A DNA stretch of 64,000 nucleotides from Candidatus Asgardarchaeum abyssi (GTDB lineage Archaea; Asgardarchaeota; Asgardarchaeia; Asgardarchaeales; Asgardarchaeaceae): NCBI GenBank assembly GCA_040225955.1, contig JBECUL010000001.1, positions 1 to 64,000 of the forward strand, in the 5' to 3' direction. Shown one piece after another: positions 49,788 to 59,585 of this stretch; position 1 is the stretch's first letter; each line of letters begins with the position of its first letter. The notes under the pieces were generated by a model. That model saw only the letters and a list, made by a program, of their open reading frames with translations. It did no database searches and was not told the origin of the DNA. The position numbers and the translations under genes were made by a program.

Positions 49788-50930
49788 ATGGTGAAGGATA
49801 ATGTGATGGTTGTTGGAGCTGGTGAAGTTGGTAGATTCGCCGTTGAGTATTTGGCACACTATCCTATCGTGAGAGAACTGATAATAGTAGATATAAATGA
49901 AATGCGTGGAAAAATGGTTGCCTACAATGCGGAAATCGCTGCTGCTATTCATAAATATTATCCCCGTATAGTATACGAGAAACTTGACATAGCAGATACT
50001 GAAAGAGTTGTGGATGTTCTTAGAAAGTATAAACCTAAAGTAATATTGCATGTGGCTACTTTATTGTCCTCATTTTACTATCAGCGTCTTGCAAAAGCGT
50101 ATATTAAAGCGTATAAGCTACCCTATAAATCTCACTTAGCAGGGCATACATTTGCAAAAGATTTCTACTTAATCTACAAACTTATGCAAGCTGTGAAGCA
50201 GTCAGATATTGATACTAGGGTTGTTAATCTATCATTCCCCGATAATACACATATAGCTTTAGGCAAATTAGGATTGGCTCCAACAATAGGTGCTGGAACT
50301 ATAGACCTAACAGTTCATGGTATTAAAAAACATGTTTCTGAGATGCTAAATATAGAGAAGCATAATGTTAATGTAGTGATGGTAGCGCATCATGCAATTA
50401 GGACTCAAGACGCAAAATATGTGCCATTCTACCTGAAAATTGAAAAAATAAATGGTGAAGATCTCACAAATAAGTTTGACTTAGTTGAGGTTGTAAATAA
50501 AGGAACATACTATACAGGCGTTTGGGGTGGAGGCAATTCACCAATGACAGCAGCATCTGCAGTTGATAATGTAATAGCTTTATTGAGTGATTCAGGAGTT
50601 ATAAAACACGCTCCTGGTCCAGCTGGTCTTCCTGGTGGATGGCCAGTAGAGATAACATGGGATGAAGTAAAGGTTGTGCTACCTCCAGAAGTATCTATGG
50701 AGAAAGCAATGGAAATGAATATTGAGGGTATGAAACTTGATGGTATTGAACGCGTTGAGAACGACGGCACTGTTGTTTTCACAAAGGAAACTGTTGAGTA
50801 TATGGCTACAGCATTAGATATGCACTGGACGAAAGTTAAGCCCGATGAAACACTAGACATGTCAAAAGAACTTATTGAAGCATACCACAAACTTGAAGAA
50901 AAATTAAGAAAAGAGGGAATTATAAAATAG
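49788..50930 (+). CDS. NAD(P)-binding oxidoreductase (saccharopine dehydrogenase/LDH-like Rossmann fold)
   Basis: VVGAGEVG...IVDIN; start chosen at the GGTGA-preceded ATG at 49788. Confidence 0.7.
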   Translation: MVKDNVMVVGAGEVGRFAVEYLAHYPIVRELIIVDINEMRGKMVAYNAEIAAAIHKYYPRIVYEKLDIADTERVVDVLRKYKPKVILHVATLLSSFYYQRLAKAYIKAYKLPYKSHLAGHTFAKDFYLIYKLMQAVKQSDIDTRVVNLSFPDNTHIALGKLGLAPTIGAGTIDLTVHGIKKHVSEMLNIEKHNVNVVMVAHHAIRTQDAKYVPFYLKIEKINGEDLTNKFDLVEVVNKGTYYTGVWGGGNSPMTAASAVDNVIALLSDSGVIKHAPGPAGLPGGWPVEITWDEVKVVLPPEVSMEKAMEMNIEGMKLDGIERVENDGTVVFTKETVEYMATALDMHWTKVKPDETLDMSKELIEAYHKLEEKLRKEGIIK

Positions 50931-50960
50931 ATTCACCTCTCTATTTTTATTAAATGATGT

Positions 50961-51225
50961 TTATTTTCTACGTTGGTGCAACATTATCGCAATTCCTATT
51001 ATAGCAATTATTGCAATTCCAGCAGCGACATATATTAAGGGCATAAACTCACCTTTAGGTTTTCAACAGAAAAATGATAGTGCATCTTTTATTGTTATCG
51101 AATTGTCATAGATATCCGTAGCTATTATATCTACACTAAATTCTCCTATTCCTGATATAGTAAAGTTGCCTGTTACTATATTATCATCAACAATGGCTTC
51201 TGTTTCTACATAATACCCCAGCTGC
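50961..51225 (-). pseudogene. C-terminal remnant of a membrane-anchored surface protein
   Basis: ...GNFTISGIGEFSVDIIATDIYDN... then MPLIYVAAGIAIIAIIGIAIMLHQRRK*. Confidence 0.6.
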
Positions 51226-51389
51226 TATCAAATCGGATTTTATTTCAGAATGGGCCTGTGACTTTGATTTCGTCTATAACACTTGCCTTCGCAAGCACGA
51301 GAGGCCCATGACATATTGCTGCCAAAACTAAACCTTTTTTGATAAGCCTCTTTGACTAAATCTAAGACAAATTGATGTTCTACAATCTT

Positions 51390-51915
51390 ATGGGTAAGGT
51401 TATTAGAGAGGTTTATTATTTCGATGAGCTTGGTGAGCATAATACAGATGATGTTATTAATGCCGTAAGAAATGCATTAAAGAAACTAATATAAAGTATT
51501 ATTCGTTGCAAGCACATCTGGCAAGACGGCCTTAAAATTTGCAGAAGCCCTAATAATAATTGATAGAATCCCGTACAATTTTTATGATTCAGTTTTAGAA
51601 TTAGTGAAATGACATGTTCCTATAGTTGAACATGTTGTGGGAGATATCTTGGCATTTGTGGGAGGTCAGGGATTAAAAGTGGCTGTTGAAATAGTGTTCG
51701 TGGCAGTACAAGGTGGCTATATTAAACCAGGTGACGAGGTAATCTCAGTTGCGGGCTATGGTGGAGGTGCAAATACCGCTATAATAGTAAAAGCTAGTTT
51801 TCCAGAAATGTTATTCTCTGCGGATGTAGATAAATGACTTGAGATAAGAGAAATATTAGCTATGCCCAGAAAGAAGAAGTGGTGGGATTGGGACAAAAGA
51901 GCATGCCCTAAATGA
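51390..51915 (+). pseudogene. Pyruvate kinase alpha/beta-domain (PK_C-only) family pseudogene
   Basis: YFDELGEHNTDDVI, VASTSGKTA, GQGLKVAVEI, GGANTAIIV, EIREILAMP spread over frames with stops. Confidence 0.8.
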
Positions 51916-51927
51916 TAAGGAAAGAGG

Positions 51928-52596
51928 TTAGCAATCTCTTCTAATTTTTTCAAGAAAGCTATTTAACTTTCTATTGAATATTTTCATTAGCACAGGGTAT
52001 ATTACTCGCAAATGAACAGGCAATCCTTTACCACTTGTAACATCTAATACTAATTTAGGCACATCCTTAGACGTGCCTAAGTCTTCAAGGAAGGTAAAAC
52101 CTTTCAATAAGTAGTCATCTCTTCCATTCCACTCGTGCACGTCAAATACCTTATTCAACTTGCTATCAATAGTAGCATCGGCCACTATCCATTTATCTAA
52201 GTATACTTCTGCTGCAACATGATAAATTATTCTATCTCCTCTAAATTTCTTCTTAGATTTTGAAAATAGTAAATTGTTTATCTTCGCTACTGTTTCATCG
52301 GAGAATTTCACTTTCCAAGTGTGGAAACGACTTGGGATTCCAATTGATCTATATAGAGCAACTTGCAGAATTGCTTTTGATACACATATTAGTGGCTTAT
52401 TCCTATTTCTCAGTACTTCGGACGCTTTATAAATAGGCGAGGCTCCAAATTTTAAGTCGCGAATGAAATTAAAAATTCTAATTGCGGCATTAATATTACA
52501 CGTAGAGCCCTCTATTAATCTTTCTGCAAATCTTCTAATTTCTTGAGTTATATCCACATATTTGGTGGGCTCTAAGTATGATTCCAAAACAATCAC
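51928..52596 (-). CDS. Transglutaminase-like protein
   Basis: ICVSKAIL..ALYRSIGIPSR, HVAAEVYL, WIVADAT (C-H-D triad). Confidence 0.85.
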   Translation of the reverse strand: MIVLESYLEPTKYVDITQEIRRFAERLIEGSTCNINAAIRIFNFIRDLKFGASPIYKASEVLRNRNKPLICVSKAILQVALYRSIGIPSRFHTWKVKFSDETVAKINNLLFSKSKKKFRGDRIIYHVAAEVYLDKWIVADATIDSKLNKVFDVHEWNGRDDYLLKGFTFLEDLGTSKDVPKLVLDVTSGKGLPVHLRVIYPVLMKIFNRKLNSFLEKIRRDC

Positions 52597-52633
52597 CGGA
52601 TTACTATTTTGTTTATACTTACTTTATTTCTCT

Positions 52634-53821
52634 TTATTTTAAGAAATCAGATGTTGTAATTATTTCGAGAAGGGCAGCGCTAGACCATGCTTGAAGTGGA
52701 TTGGCTATTGCACGATGTGCAGCCTTAGTGGGTATAGATAGATCAACAATTTCATTGCCTACAAATGTATAAAACTCAGGGATTTTATTGAGTTTTTGAT
52801 AAGCTCGTAGTAAAGCTTGTTTTATCTTCTCAGCTTGCTCATAATAACCAAGTTCCTGCAATCCCTTATAAATAATCCAATTATCATGAGGCCATATGGA
52901 GCCAAGGTGATAACTATAGGGATCAAAGTCTGGAGCTCTTGTAGAATGAGTTCTTATGCCATAGGGTGTCCATAAATCTTCTTGAAAAAGGCGTTTAACT
53001 ACATAATCTATTTTGTCTCTATTAACAATTCCAGTAAAGAGAAGATGTCCAGGATTAGAGGAAGCAACCTTTTTCTGTTTTTTCTCCCCATCAAGGGCTA
53101 ATGCAAAATATTTCTCCTCATCCATCCAAAAATCTCGATTAAACTTTCTCTTTAACTCTTCGGCTTTTTTCATAGCCTTTTCTACAATATCATTATTTCT
53201 ACCAAGTTTCTGAGCAATATAAATTAAGCTTTGATAAGCAGCATAAACGTAACCTTGGACTTCAACAATAGCCACAGGAGGCTTAATTTTTAGATGATCC
53301 TCAGATCCATCTCGCCATCCTTGATGGAAAAGGCCATGAGTATTCATTCTCTGATATTCTATGTAACCATCGCCATCTTTATCTCCGTATATAATGATCC
53401 AGTTGAAAGCTGCTTGAAGGTTTTCCCATATTTTTGCTATGAAAGCGATATCATTAGTATTTTTGAGATATTTTGCTGCTAGAATTATGTAAAGAGGCGT
53501 ACTATCAATACTTCCGTAATATGGAAATTTCCATTCTGGCATTTCTGCCTGATCCTTAGGATTAAATCTATGCTCATGCAAAATTTTTCCAGGTTCTTCT
53601 TCAGATTTTAAATCTATGGTCTTCCCCTGGTATTCTGATAATATTTGAAGTGTGGCTTGAGCTATTGATGGATCTATTCTTAACATTTGCCATGCAGAGA
53701 TTATAGAATCGCGACCAAAAAGAGTATTATACCTCGGGTATCCAGCATTAAGATAACCTCTTTGACTCTTTAGTATTCTTATATCACGATAAAGTCTCTG
53801 TTTTAGCTCGTCTATTTTCAC
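52634..53821 (-). CDS. Amylo-alpha-1,6-glucosidase / GDE C-terminal-like glycoside hydrolase
   Basis: LFGRDS, EEPGKILHE, YYGSIDSTPL, QGWRDG, YHLGSIWPHDN, PLQAWSS. Confidence 0.88.
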   Translation of the reverse strand: MKIDELKQRLYRDIRILKSQRGYLNAGYPRYNTLFGRDSIISAWQMLRIDPSIAQATLQILSEYQGKTIDLKSEEEPGKILHEHRFNPKDQAEMPEWKFPYYGSIDSTPLYIILAAKYLKNTNDIAFIAKIWENLQAAFNWIIIYGDKDGDGYIEYQRMNTHGLFHQGWRDGSEDHLKIKPPVAIVEVQGYVYAAYQSLIYIAQKLGRNNDIVEKAMKKAEELKRKFNRDFWMDEEKYFALALDGEKKQKKVASSNPGHLLFTGIVNRDKIDYVVKRLFQEDLWTPYGIRTHSTRAPDFDPYSYHLGSIWPHDNWIIYKGLQELGYYEQAEKIKQALLRAYQKLNKIPEFYTFVGNEIVDLSIPTKAAHRAIANPLQAWSSAALLEIITTSDFLK

Positions 53822-53886
53822 GCAGCTCCCTCTTCTTACAATTATTAGTAACTATTTTCCATTCTAAAAAGTAGAATAATAAAGGG

Positions 53887-55131
53887 TTATATTGTTTTTA
53901 ACTCTTTAAATAGTCTTAGGTAATCCTTAAGGTGTCTAGTTATTAAAAAGTTCTTTTTCACATACTCTATTCCTTTAATTCCCATTTGCCTAGCCTTTTC
54001 AGGGTGTTTGAGCAAGTATATTATCTTTTCAGCTGCTTCTTTAATGCTATCTACAAGGAAGCCATTAACACCATCTATTACTTGTAGAGGAATTCCTCCT
54101 GCACGACTACCTACTACTGGAACACCCTTCCATAGAGATTCTGCTACAACTAAGCCAAAACCCTCACGGATTGATTTTAATAAAGCTACGTCTGTTGCTC
54201 TTTGAAACGCATTAACCTCTATGTTGCCAACACCTATTAGATTTGTCAATAGGTGAATATCATAATCGTTTCCAGCATATCTAGCTGTTTTCTCGTACCA
54301 ATACCATCCTTCCGGGTCATCAAGTGCCATAGCGGTTATGAGTAAAAGTTGAGTATCTGGTATTTTCTTCTTCACAATTCTATAAGTGTCTATGACTCCT
54401 AGTGGGTCTTTCCATGGATCAAATCTCCCAACTTGAGTTATTATCGGCCTCTCTGGATCTACATCATACTTTTCCAAGATTGAAATAACTTGACTTTCAC
54501 TCAGAGGCTTATTTTTATCACTAAGTGGGTCTATTGAGGGGGGGATAATTGCTATCTTTTTCACCTCTAATCCTTCTTTAACATAATCTTTCAACGTGAA
54601 TATGGCTGCATCATATAACTTGATATACTTCGACACAAACTTCCAAATGTAAGGATTTGGAGTTGATGCGTCAATGTGACATCGCCATATCCATTTTGAC
54701 GTAGATTTACGAGGATAATAACTTATAATAGCGAGTGGCTGAGGGTCATGAATTATAACAAAATCATGATCCATTTTCAATTTTTCCGCATTTATCTTAC
54801 TATTACGTAAATATATTTCCTTTTCCTTTTTAGAAAGAGTAACATTATCACCTTGAATGCCATTATGAAGTTTTGTTTTTGTGATCGTAAAAAATTCTAA
54901 ATCTCCCTCAATTACACCCCAAGACGTATTCAAACCAACGTTTCTCATTAAAGGGATTAGGCTATGTAGGATTTCAGCAACACCACCTCCGAGCGATGTT
55001 GAGTTTACATGAATCACTGAAGATCCACGAAGGTCGTCTGCCATTGACTTTATAGTTTCTATTTCTTCCTCACCTACTATATTTCTGTAATCATTTAGTT
55101 TATTTCTTCCTATAGGTTCAGCCATTGACAT
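53887..55131 (-). CDS. treT: Trehalose glycosyltransferring synthase (GT4)
   Basis: HVNSTSLGGGVAEIL, IHDPQP, WRCHID, RFDPWKDP, REGFGLVVAE. Confidence 0.88.
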   Translation of the reverse strand: MSMAEPIGRNKLNDYRNIVGEEEIETIKSMADDLRGSSVIHVNSTSLGGGVAEILHSLIPLMRNVGLNTSWGVIEGDLEFFTITKTKLHNGIQGDNVTLSKKEKEIYLRNSKINAEKLKMDHDFVIIHDPQPLAIISYYPRKSTSKWIWRCHIDASTPNPYIWKFVSKYIKLYDAAIFTLKDYVKEGLEVKKIAIIPPSIDPLSDKNKPLSESQVISILEKYDVDPERPIITQVGRFDPWKDPLGVIDTYRIVKKKIPDTQLLLITAMALDDPEGWYWYEKTARYAGNDYDIHLLTNLIGVGNIEVNAFQRATDVALLKSIREGFGLVVAESLWKGVPVVGSRAGGIPLQVIDGVNGFLVDSIKEAAEKIIYLLKHPEKARQMGIKGIEYVKKNFLITRHLKDYLRLFKELKTI

Positions 55132-55208
55132 TCTTCACACCATATTAAGGTTTACGTTACTCATGGAAGTAAGCTTGTATATTACTGGGAATAATTATTA
55201 TTTATCAC

Positions 55209-56348
55209 TTACGTGATTGCCCTACTAGTTCTTTTATCAAAAATGTATAACTTTTCTTTATTAAATATCATCCAAATTTCCTCTCCGCTCTGAGCCTTGA
55301 AGTCTGCTTTCTCTTCAACTTTGAATATCGTATCACCTACTTCTATGTTAACTATAGCCTTTCTTCCAAGAGGTTCTATTACGTATACTTTAGCTTTAAT
55401 ACCCCCTTCTACAGGTTTTTTACTTAATGTGATATCCTCTGGTCTAATTCCAAATACAAGTTCACTGCTTGTAGCATTTTTCTTTATTAGGTCACTGAGA
55501 TTTGTAACATCAAGCATGAAAAAACCAGTGTCTATGAAAGCCTTTCCTTCCTTCTCTACAAAACTGCCATCCATAAAGTTCATAGGTGGGCTGCCGATGA
55601 AGCCCGCTACAAATAAATTTGCTGGATGTGTATATATTTCTTCTGCAGTTCCAACTTGTTGCAAACGACCATCATTCAGAAGCGCAATTCGATCAGACAT
55701 TGTCATGGCCTCTACTTGATCATGAGTAACATATATTGTTGTCACACCTAGTCTTTTCTGTAATGTTTTTAGCTCTGCTCTCATATAAACTCTTAACTTG
55801 GCATCTAAATTACTTAATGGCTCATCCATTAGGAAAACATTTGGTTCTCTTACTATGGCTCTACCTAAAGCGACTCTTTGTTGTTGTCCTCCACTCAGCT
55901 CCCCAGGTTTACGTTCCAAAAGTTCACTTATTTGTAGCAATTCTGCGACTTCTCTAACTTTCCTTTCAATTTCATTTCGAGGATACTTACGCATTCTAAG
56001 AGGAAATGCTATGTTATCGAATACAGTCATATGCGGGTATAATGCCCAATTCTGGAAAACCATTGCAATATTTCTATCTCTTGTGGGAACATCATTGACT
56101 AGTTCATCCCCTATGTATATATTACCGCTAGTTGGAGTTTCTAGACCAGCAATGCATCTTAATGTTGTTGTTTTCCCGCAACCCGACGGACCAAGAAGCA
56201 CTAAGAACTCCTTATCTTTAATATGTAAATTTATATCTTCTATTGCTCTAACCTTTCCAAAATATTTAGTTAAATGTTCAAGAACAACGTCAACCACAGG
56301 TAGACCTCCATTTATTAATGAATTATATATACCATCATACATTAACAT
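55209..56348 (-). CDS. Sugar ABC transporter ATP-binding protein (MalK/MsmX-like)
   Basis: GPSGCGKTT, LSGGQQQR, DEPLSNLDAKLR, GFIGSPPMN. Confidence 0.95.
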   Translation of the reverse strand: MLMYDGIYNSLINGGLPVVDVVLEHLTKYFGKVRAIEDINLHIKDKEFLVLLGPSGCGKTTTLRCIAGLETPTSGNIYIGDELVNDVPTRDRNIAMVFQNWALYPHMTVFDNIAFPLRMRKYPRNEIERKVREVAELLQISELLERKPGELSGGQQQRVALGRAIVREPNVFLMDEPLSNLDAKLRVYMRAELKTLQKRLGVTTIYVTHDQVEAMTMSDRIALLNDGRLQQVGTAEEIYTHPANLFVAGFIGSPPMNFMDGSFVEKEGKAFIDTGFFMLDVTNLSDLIKKNATSSELVFGIRPEDITLSKKPVEGGIKAKVYVIEPLGRKAIVNIEVGDTIFKVEEKADFKAQSGEEIWMIFNKEKLYIFDKRTSRAIT

Positions 56349-56398
56349 TTTGTAAATTGTATATCTATCTCAAAATCGTATAGTGTATAAATAAAAAT

Positions 56399-57268
56399 TT
56401 AACCTTTAATTACCCAGCCCACCATACCTCTAACGTAGTATTTTTGAAGAAGAGTATAAACTATAACTGGAATTGCCATAACTAATATAGCACCAGCAGA
56501 TAGCAGATCCCATGGCACATGATGCCTCCCTTTCATCCAAGCGAGGCACTGAGTAGCAACTAATTTATCAGAAGAATATATGAAAAGGAGAGCGAAAAAG
56601 AAATCATTCCAAACCCATGTAAATTGTAAAGCTGCTACTGACAGTAGAGCTGGCATTGACATCGGAAGAACTATCTTTGCGAAAATCTGAAAATCTGAAG
56701 CACCATCTACTTTTGCAGCTTCCTCTATTTCAATAGGGAGTGTAAGAAAGAAATTTCTTAAGAACAGGATAATCCATGGAAGCCCCCATGCGGTATGAAC
56801 AAGAATTAATCCAAGGTAAGTATTTACAAGATTAAGTTTTACCATTATTTGAAAGAGCGGTATAGCGACCATTTGTTGCGGCATTGCCATTATAACTACA
56901 ATGACAACAAATAAATATGTCTTAATGGGAAAACTGAACCTTGCAAATCCATAAGCTGCTAATGCTGCTATAAATATTGGTATTATTGTTGCAAAAGTCG
57001 CAATTATGAGCGAATTAGCAAGACCAGTACTTAATGGGAGAGTGGGATGATTTAAGACACCTATAAAGTTTTCATATGTTGAATGAAATTCCGAGAAATC
57101 CCACCATCCATGTAAAACTTCTCTTATAGGTCTTATTGCCACCATAAAAATGCCAACAACTGGTAAAATCCATATTATAGCAATTATCCATGCTATTATA
57201 TTAGCTACTATTGTAGAAACTTTTATCTTCATAGTCACTTCCTCCCTATTGCAGTTTTTGCTATCCAT
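56399..57268 (-). CDS. Carbohydrate ABC transporter permease (MalG-like)
   Basis: EAA loop IEEAAKVDGAS. Confidence 0.93.
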   Translation of the reverse strand: MDSKNCNREEVTMKIKVSTIVANIIAWIIAIIWILPVVGIFMVAIRPIREVLHGWWDFSEFHSTYENFIGVLNHPTLPLSTGLANSLIIATFATIIPIFIAALAAYGFARFSFPIKTYLFVVIVVIMAMPQQMVAIPLFQIMVKLNLVNTYLGLILVHTAWGLPWIILFLRNFFLTLPIEIEEAAKVDGASDFQIFAKIVLPMSMPALLSVAALQFTWVWNDFFFALLFIYSSDKLVATQCLAWMKGRHHVPWDLLSAGAILVMAIPVIVYTLLQKYYVRGMVGWVIKG

Positions 57269-58191
57269 ATAGCTGGTGGTAATGTTAATAATGTTAGAAG
57301 TGTTGCTAAAGCTGCAGCTTGGTTATATTTAAAGTATACAAAGCCCTTAAAATACATCAGAAGAGCTAAAACGTTAGAGGACCACCCTGGGCCTCCTAAT
57401 GTAGCAACATATATGATATCGAATATTTTTAATTCATACAATACAGACATAACTATAACAACAAGAGTAGCAGGTTTTAATAAGGGAAGTGTAATATGTA
57501 TAAATTTCTGAAATGATGATGCACCATCAATTTCAGCTGCTTCGTAATATTCACGAGGAATCGTAGATAACGCCGCAGAATACACGATCATGCTAAAGCC
57601 AGTCCACATCCATACGCCACTAAGGATTGTAGCAATCAAAGCAGTTTCTGGATGGGCTACCCATGAAATATCGGCAAGAGCATGTATTCCCATTAGCCTC
57701 AGAATAACATTTACTATTCCAATATCTTTGTCGAAAAGAAACACCGCCATTAATCCACCCACAACCATGGGCATTACCATTCCTAAGAAAATCATAGACT
57801 TTACTATTGATGCTCCCTTAACATCTTTTAAAATAATTGCAAAAAAGAGCCCCAAAAGTACAGATAAGGGAAGATGAATTGCTATCCATACAGCATTATG
57901 CACTAATGCTCCCCAGGGAGGCGACATTGTGAGAAATCTATCTGAATTAATTATCTCTTTACTTTTTAAAAGTTCTAAATAGTTACGTAATCCTACAAAT
58001 TCTCCATCTGGTGAGAGAAAACTAAGCCATAACGTTTGAATAACGGGATATATTACAAACACGATAAGAAGAATCATAGCAGGCGTTAAAAAAAATAAAA
58101 TAGAAGGAAGATTCTTATGTCTCATACTAACATCACCTGACTGTTTTATTAAGGTGCTTTTGATTCTATATTTTGTAGTACGGTCTCCCAT
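57235..58191 (-). CDS. Carbohydrate ABC transporter permease (MalF-like)
   Basis: EAA loop YYEAAEIDGAS. Confidence 0.93.
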   Translation of the reverse strand: MGDRTTKYRIKSTLIKQSGDVSMRHKNLPSILFFLTPAMILLIVFVIYPVIQTLWLSFLSPDGEFVGLRNYLELLKSKEIINSDRFLTMSPPWGALVHNAVWIAIHLPLSVLLGLFFAIILKDVKGASIVKSMIFLGMVMPMVVGGLMAVFLFDKDIGIVNVILRLMGIHALADISWVAHPETALIATILSGVWMWTGFSMIVYSAALSTIPREYYEAAEIDGASSFQKFIHITLPLLKPATLVVIVMSVLYELKIFDIIYVATLGGPGWSSNVLALLMYFKGFVYFKYNQAAALATLLTLLTLPPAIWIAKTAIGRK

Positions 58192-59360
58192 TCATCTGGA
58201 TGTACCCATAGATACTTCAATTGATCCCAGAAGTTGGTCTGGAACTCTCCACCAATTGTATCATCAAGGTCAGTAACAGCTGTTGCTCCTTCTAGAAGTT
58301 GAGCAACTCTCTTATCAACCTCTGGATAATCATCAAGCGACACGCCAAGATTTGTAGCTATATGACCTCCTTGTTTTACTTGTATTGTCTGTCCCTCAGC
58401 GCTTGAGAGGAACTTAACCAGCTCTTTAGCTTCGTCTGGATGTTCTGTGTATTTTGGTATAAAGCAAAAGTCTGGGCAGAAGACAAACGCTTCTGCTCCT
58501 GGTAAGGAGAAGACACCTAAATCACTAGCATTTTCTACCATACCAGTTATCCAACTGCCCATGAAATATAATGCATATTTTCCTGCCCACCAATCTTCTA
58601 ATATCAAGGTCCAATCTTTAGGTTCACTAAAGTATCCTTCTTGAAGTAATGGTACTAATCTATTTTTAAAGATGTCTTTAACTTCATCACTTGTCCATGA
58701 GACACTACCATTTATAAGGCCTTGGAATAAATCTACACCGCCAAATGTTAACAAAAAGTGTTCAGTTACATCTGAGAGAGGCCATCCGACACCGTCTCCA
58801 CTTGCTATCGGAGCTTCTATACCGTCGATTCCTTTAATTGTCTCTAATAAAGATACAAATTCATCCCATGTTGTAGGTACTTCAAGATTATGTTCTTTGA
58901 AGAAAGATATTCTGTACCAAAATCCTGGTTTAACTTTACCGGTATATGGAGCCCCATAAATTTTTCCACCAACGGAAACTTGATCTACAATACCAGGCAT
59001 GAAATCACTCGGATCTATAATATCGCTGATTTCAAGTATGTGGTCAGTATTATTCCTTATCCACCATGCCCACATGAAAATTACATCAGCAGGAGCCATT
59101 TCGGCTTCAAATTGTGCCGGCAATATTGTTGCTAAATCTTCAGCTCTATACATTTTATATTGTACTTCTATACCAGTTTTCTCGGTAAATGCTTCCAAAA
59201 CAGGCATAAAGTTTTCCATTTCATCGCCAGACCAAGGACCAATTATAATTAATGTTGTTGGTTTTGGTGTTGGTTTGACCATCCAGCCAATTCCAAAACC
59301 TATAAGAAGACAGACGATAGCAACAACTATAATCATCGTTTTTGCTTCTTTAACTGCCAT
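58149..59360 (-). CDS. Carbohydrate ABC transporter substrate-binding protein
   Basis: N-terminal TM anchor; PTTWDEF, GWPLSD, YFMGSWI. Confidence 0.9.
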   Translation of the reverse strand: MAVKEAKTMIIVVAIVCLLIGFGIGWMVKPTPKPTTLIIIGPWSGDEMENFMPVLEAFTEKTGIEVQYKMYRAEDLATILPAQFEAEMAPADVIFMWAWWIRNNTDHILEISDIIDPSDFMPGIVDQVSVGGKIYGAPYTGKVKPGFWYRISFFKEHNLEVPTTWDEFVSLLETIKGIDGIEAPIASGDGVGWPLSDVTEHFLLTFGGVDLFQGLINGSVSWTSDEVKDIFKNRLVPLLQEGYFSEPKDWTLILEDWWAGKYALYFMGSWITGMVENASDLGVFSLPGAEAFVFCPDFCFIPKYTEHPDEAKELVKFLSSAEGQTIQVKQGGHIATNLGVSLDDYPEVDKRVAQLLEGATAVTDLDDTIGGEFQTNFWDQLKYLWVHPDEWETVLQNIESKAP

Positions 59361-59585
59361 TATTTTCCCCCAAAAAATAATTTATTCTGATTTGGTTCTC
59401 AAGTTGTATATAATGCTTTCCATAAAAATAATAAAAAAGCTCTAAAAAGTGCTAAATATTCATAAAAACTATCGTATATAAAATAAAAAATTTTAAAAAC
59501 CATCGAATGTTTAGCATTAGTTGTCTTATTTATCATAATTAATATCAATTATAATCAACAATAATTTAATTAGTTAAAATGATAA

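Noticed and set aside
49593-50051. 152-aa minus-strand ORF and the 49695-49787 extension of the oxidoreductase
   Set aside because: Low-complexity AT-rich translation overlapping a real gene and its promoter; the RBS supports a start at 49788.
51835-51837. In-frame TGA as selenocysteine in the PK_C-like gene
   Set aside because: The gene has several other frameshifts and deletions, and the position fits a CGA-to-TGA nonsense change.
458-59445. Numerous antisense or overlapping ORFs in the track (e.g. 458-889, 2184-2591, 17158-17616, 55798-56355, 58999-59445)
   Set aside because: They lie opposite well-supported genes and have no motifs; they are shadow ORFs.
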